Position numbers and translations under genes: made by a program. Below are positions 61,552-64,000 of a stretch of DNA of 64,000 nt, piece after piece. The DNA lies in the NCBI RefSeq assembly GCF_035084215.1, contig NC_090363.1, positions 5,828,001-5,892,000 on the forward strand. Reading direction: 5' to 3'. The notes below the pieces were generated by a model that saw only the letters and a program-made list of their open reading frames with translations, searched no databases and was not told the DNA's origin. This DNA comes from Heptranchias perlo. Taxonomy: Eukaryota. Every line of letters starts with the position of its first letter. Position 1 is the stretch's first letter.

Positions 61552-61802
61552 CTGTAGAAAGAAAAAAACAATAATAAGTCATTTGTCCGTAAATAGAAAT
61601 AGTAAACACAACAGCAATGAAAACAGTGCTACAAGGAAACACAGATAGAATAGACAGGGAGACGGGTACACAAGCAGAAATGCAAATAAATACAAGATAG
61701 ATGGGAAGAGAAAGAGAATGAGACACACACACATCGGCAGAAAGAGTGAGCAAGACAAAAAGGCAGAAACAGAGGGAGATCCGCCCAACACCGGTGTGAC
61801 AC

Positions 61803-62450
61803 ATAGAATCATAGAATCATAGAAGTTACAACATGGAAACAGGCCCTTCGGCCCAACATGTCCATGTCGCCCAGTTTATACCACTAAGCTAGTCCCAGTT
61901 GCCTGCACTTGGCCCATATCCCTCTATACCCATTTTACCCATGTAACTGTCCAAATGCTTTTTAAAAGACAAAATTGTACCCGCCTCTACTACTGCCTCT
62001 GGCAGCTCGTTCCAGACACTCACCACCCTTTGAGTGAAAAAATTGCCCCTCTGGACACTTTTGTATCTCTCCCCTCTCAACTTGAATCTATGCCCCCTCG
62101 TTATAGACTCCCCTACCTTTGGGAAAAGATTTTGACTATCGACCTTATCTATGCCCCTCATTATTTTATAGACTTCTATAAGATCACCCCTAAACCTCCT
62201 ACTCTCCAGGGAAAAAAGTCCCAGTCTATCTAACCTCTCCCTATAAGTCAAACCATCAAGTCCCCGTAGCATCCTAGTAAATATTTTCTGCACTCTTTCT
62301 AGTTTAATAATATCCTTTCTATAATAGGGTGACCAGAACTGCACACAGTATTCCAAGTGTGGCCTTACTAATGTCTTGTACAACTTCAAAAAGACATCCC
62401 AACTCCTGTATTCAATGTTCTGACCAATGAAACCAAGCATGCCGAATGCC
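61803..62450 (-). mobile_element. Young CR1 3' end in gene D V-TM intron
   Basis: ORF 61889..62440 is nearly identical to 37262..37912. Confidence 0.92.
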
Positions 62451-62540
62451 GAATGAAGGGAAGGATCAAGAAAACAAGAGAGTTTTAAATATGGAAACGA
62501 TATCCCAATGACTTAATGTTACAATGTTAGGTTTTCTTAC

Positions 62541-62867
62541 GCTTTACAGTAACCGAGGTTCCTCTACCGACTGCCTTCGGCTCGCCCATTATTTCAATCT
62601 CACAGTAATACACTCCAGACTCGCATTGCGTCATATTCATAATTTGGATTGATGCATCCCGCCTGTCATTGAACGCATCCTTGTCGGCTTTTTTTAGTCC
62701 TTTCTTGTATCTCGGAGAATCGAAGTCTAAGTGACTGCTATCTTTTCTCCATTTGTACGTACCCACCCCTGATATACGAAAGGTGCAATTCAAAATCACG
62801 CTTTCACCTTCGAATAAAGTAACTGAAGAGGGATATTGCACTATGGTAGATGTTTCAGCTTCCAAAC
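62541..62867 (-). CDS. Gene D V-type Ig exon (divergent NKp30-family VJ domain); leader exon not found in window
   Basis: ttttttgtgcgtcactAG|GT ... AAGC|GTAAG; IVQYPSSVTLFEGESVILNC...W...DASIQI...ESGVYYCEIEIMGEPKAVGRGTSVTVK. Confidence 0.88.
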
Positions 62868-63014
62868 CTAGTGACGCACAAAAAAACACAAGGATTAATT
62901 CGCCATCGTTACAGGATAAAGTAATGCGCATTATGCACCTTGTACCGATAACATCTTGGTTTTGCAGCACCACTATCGCCTGTGACTCAAATAGTTGTAG
63001 GTTCAAGGCGCAAT

Positions 63015-63320
63015 TGTGGCCTTCAGCACATTATTCTAGGCTGACACTTCAATGTCGTACTAAGGGAATGTGTTTTTTTCAAAGCGGAGAAAGTTCTCCC
63101 GGTGCAATAGCCAAGGTTCAGTCCTCAAGAAACACCACCAAACAGCTTAACTGGCCATTCGTCTCATTGCTCTTTGTGGGACTTTGTTGTGAGCAATGTG
63201 GTTGACGCGTTTACCTACAAAGCAACAAATACTATTCAAAAAACAGTTCAGTAGTCATTCATTGGCTCATGGACGCCTTGAGGTTGCTTAAGATGCAATA
63301 CAATTGCAAATTCTTTCTTT
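63015..63320 (+). mobile_element. Degraded Deu-SINE
   Basis: gttctcccggtg, cattgctctttgtggg and tail remnants. Confidence 0.55.
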
Positions 63321-64000
63321 GTATCATGCAGTCTCAACTTACACTTTTGCTTTAATATGTTACGTTATTAATTCCAAAGGAAATTATTATATGAATGACA
63401 GAAGAAAGAAAGAGAAAGAGAGAAAGAAAGTAAACAAAAAAGAAAATGTTACATTCATTATTGCTTCATTAATAATAGTATGAAGTAATAAATCAATTCT
63501 ATACATGTTTTATCCTTATATAATTATCCAGGAATGTCTGATTTCCACATGAGGGAAATATAAGAAAACACGTTCAGCAAATGTAATAGAAGCGGGATAT
63601 TAGCTTGTTGTATATATTCGACAATAAGCCGTAAGTTGTACAGTAAATCATTTGTGCATTGTAAACTGTGTACATCTTAAAGTCAGGAAAAATAAAACAT
63701 TGGCTCATGTAAATTCAGTCATCTAATGGACGGTAAATATCGAGTCTAATATACCAGGCGACTGTCAGAAAATTAATTAGTTAAGGACAGTATGGTCATT
63801 GCGATGAATTTGTGAACCGCTGTTTAGATATTGAAGCCATACGCTAGTCACCCTTGTGAACATAAGGTACCACTTTTCGTTACAGATTGAACCAAGGTTT
63901 TTTTGTATATTGAGCTCAATTCCATCAATGATCAACTTTTTACACCTTGCCAATAATTAAATCAATTTCATTTACTTCCTACGTTTAAAGATTATCCTCT

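Noticed and set aside
61579-61812. Hydrophobic ORFs upstream of the gene D TM exon, and ORF 55994-56248
   Set aside because: Translation of low-complexity or T-rich non-coding sequence with no supporting splice structure; only 61417-61551 is exon-like.
7922-62867. Interpretation as a rearranging TCR/Ig/IgNAR locus
   Set aside because: No constant-domain exons or separate D/J segments were seen; each V splices directly to a stalk/TM exon.
62868-64000. Gene D leader exon
   Set aside because: No ATG-hydrophobic-phase-1 donor unit was found; it is presumed to lie beyond the window.

Overview
This is AT-rich eukaryotic genomic DNA, most likely from a cartilaginous fish (inferred from Deu-core SINEs, CR1 LINEs with (TCTATGAT)n/(TTCTTATG)n tails and GIY-YIG Penelope elements). 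It holds a cluster of NKp30/NCR3-like receptor genes, each with one germline-joined VJ-type Ig domain, which I assembled by hand from GT-AG sites and codon phase. U (+): only the last exon is in the window, with ITIM LLYTEV. A (+, 7707-9654): transmembrane (TM) Lys and a short tail, activating type. B (+, 17889-25978): neutral TM, tail with 2 ITIM and 2 YxxM motifs. C (-, 40188-37897): inverted paralog of A, TM Lys, tail ending inside a CR1 insertion. D (-, V exon 62867-62541, leader outside the window): neutral TM, stalk Cys, micro-exons and two possible last exons, one with ITIM LVYIPL. Together these look like a paired activating/inhibitory NKp30-family system. Several candidate switches change the signalling tail: a stop-containing in-frame cassette exon in B, an ITIM-consensus SFYLQL silenced by frameshift in A and by a LINE insertion in C, and alternative last exons in D. 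B intron 2 also carries a 41-nt copy of V-exon sequence that differs only at synonymous sites. The rest is mostly transposable-element debris (CR1, Zenon-like CR1, L2, RTE, Penelope, Harbinger, DeuSINE, palindromic MITEs). All gene models are predictions without transcript evidence, and TE boundaries are approximate.
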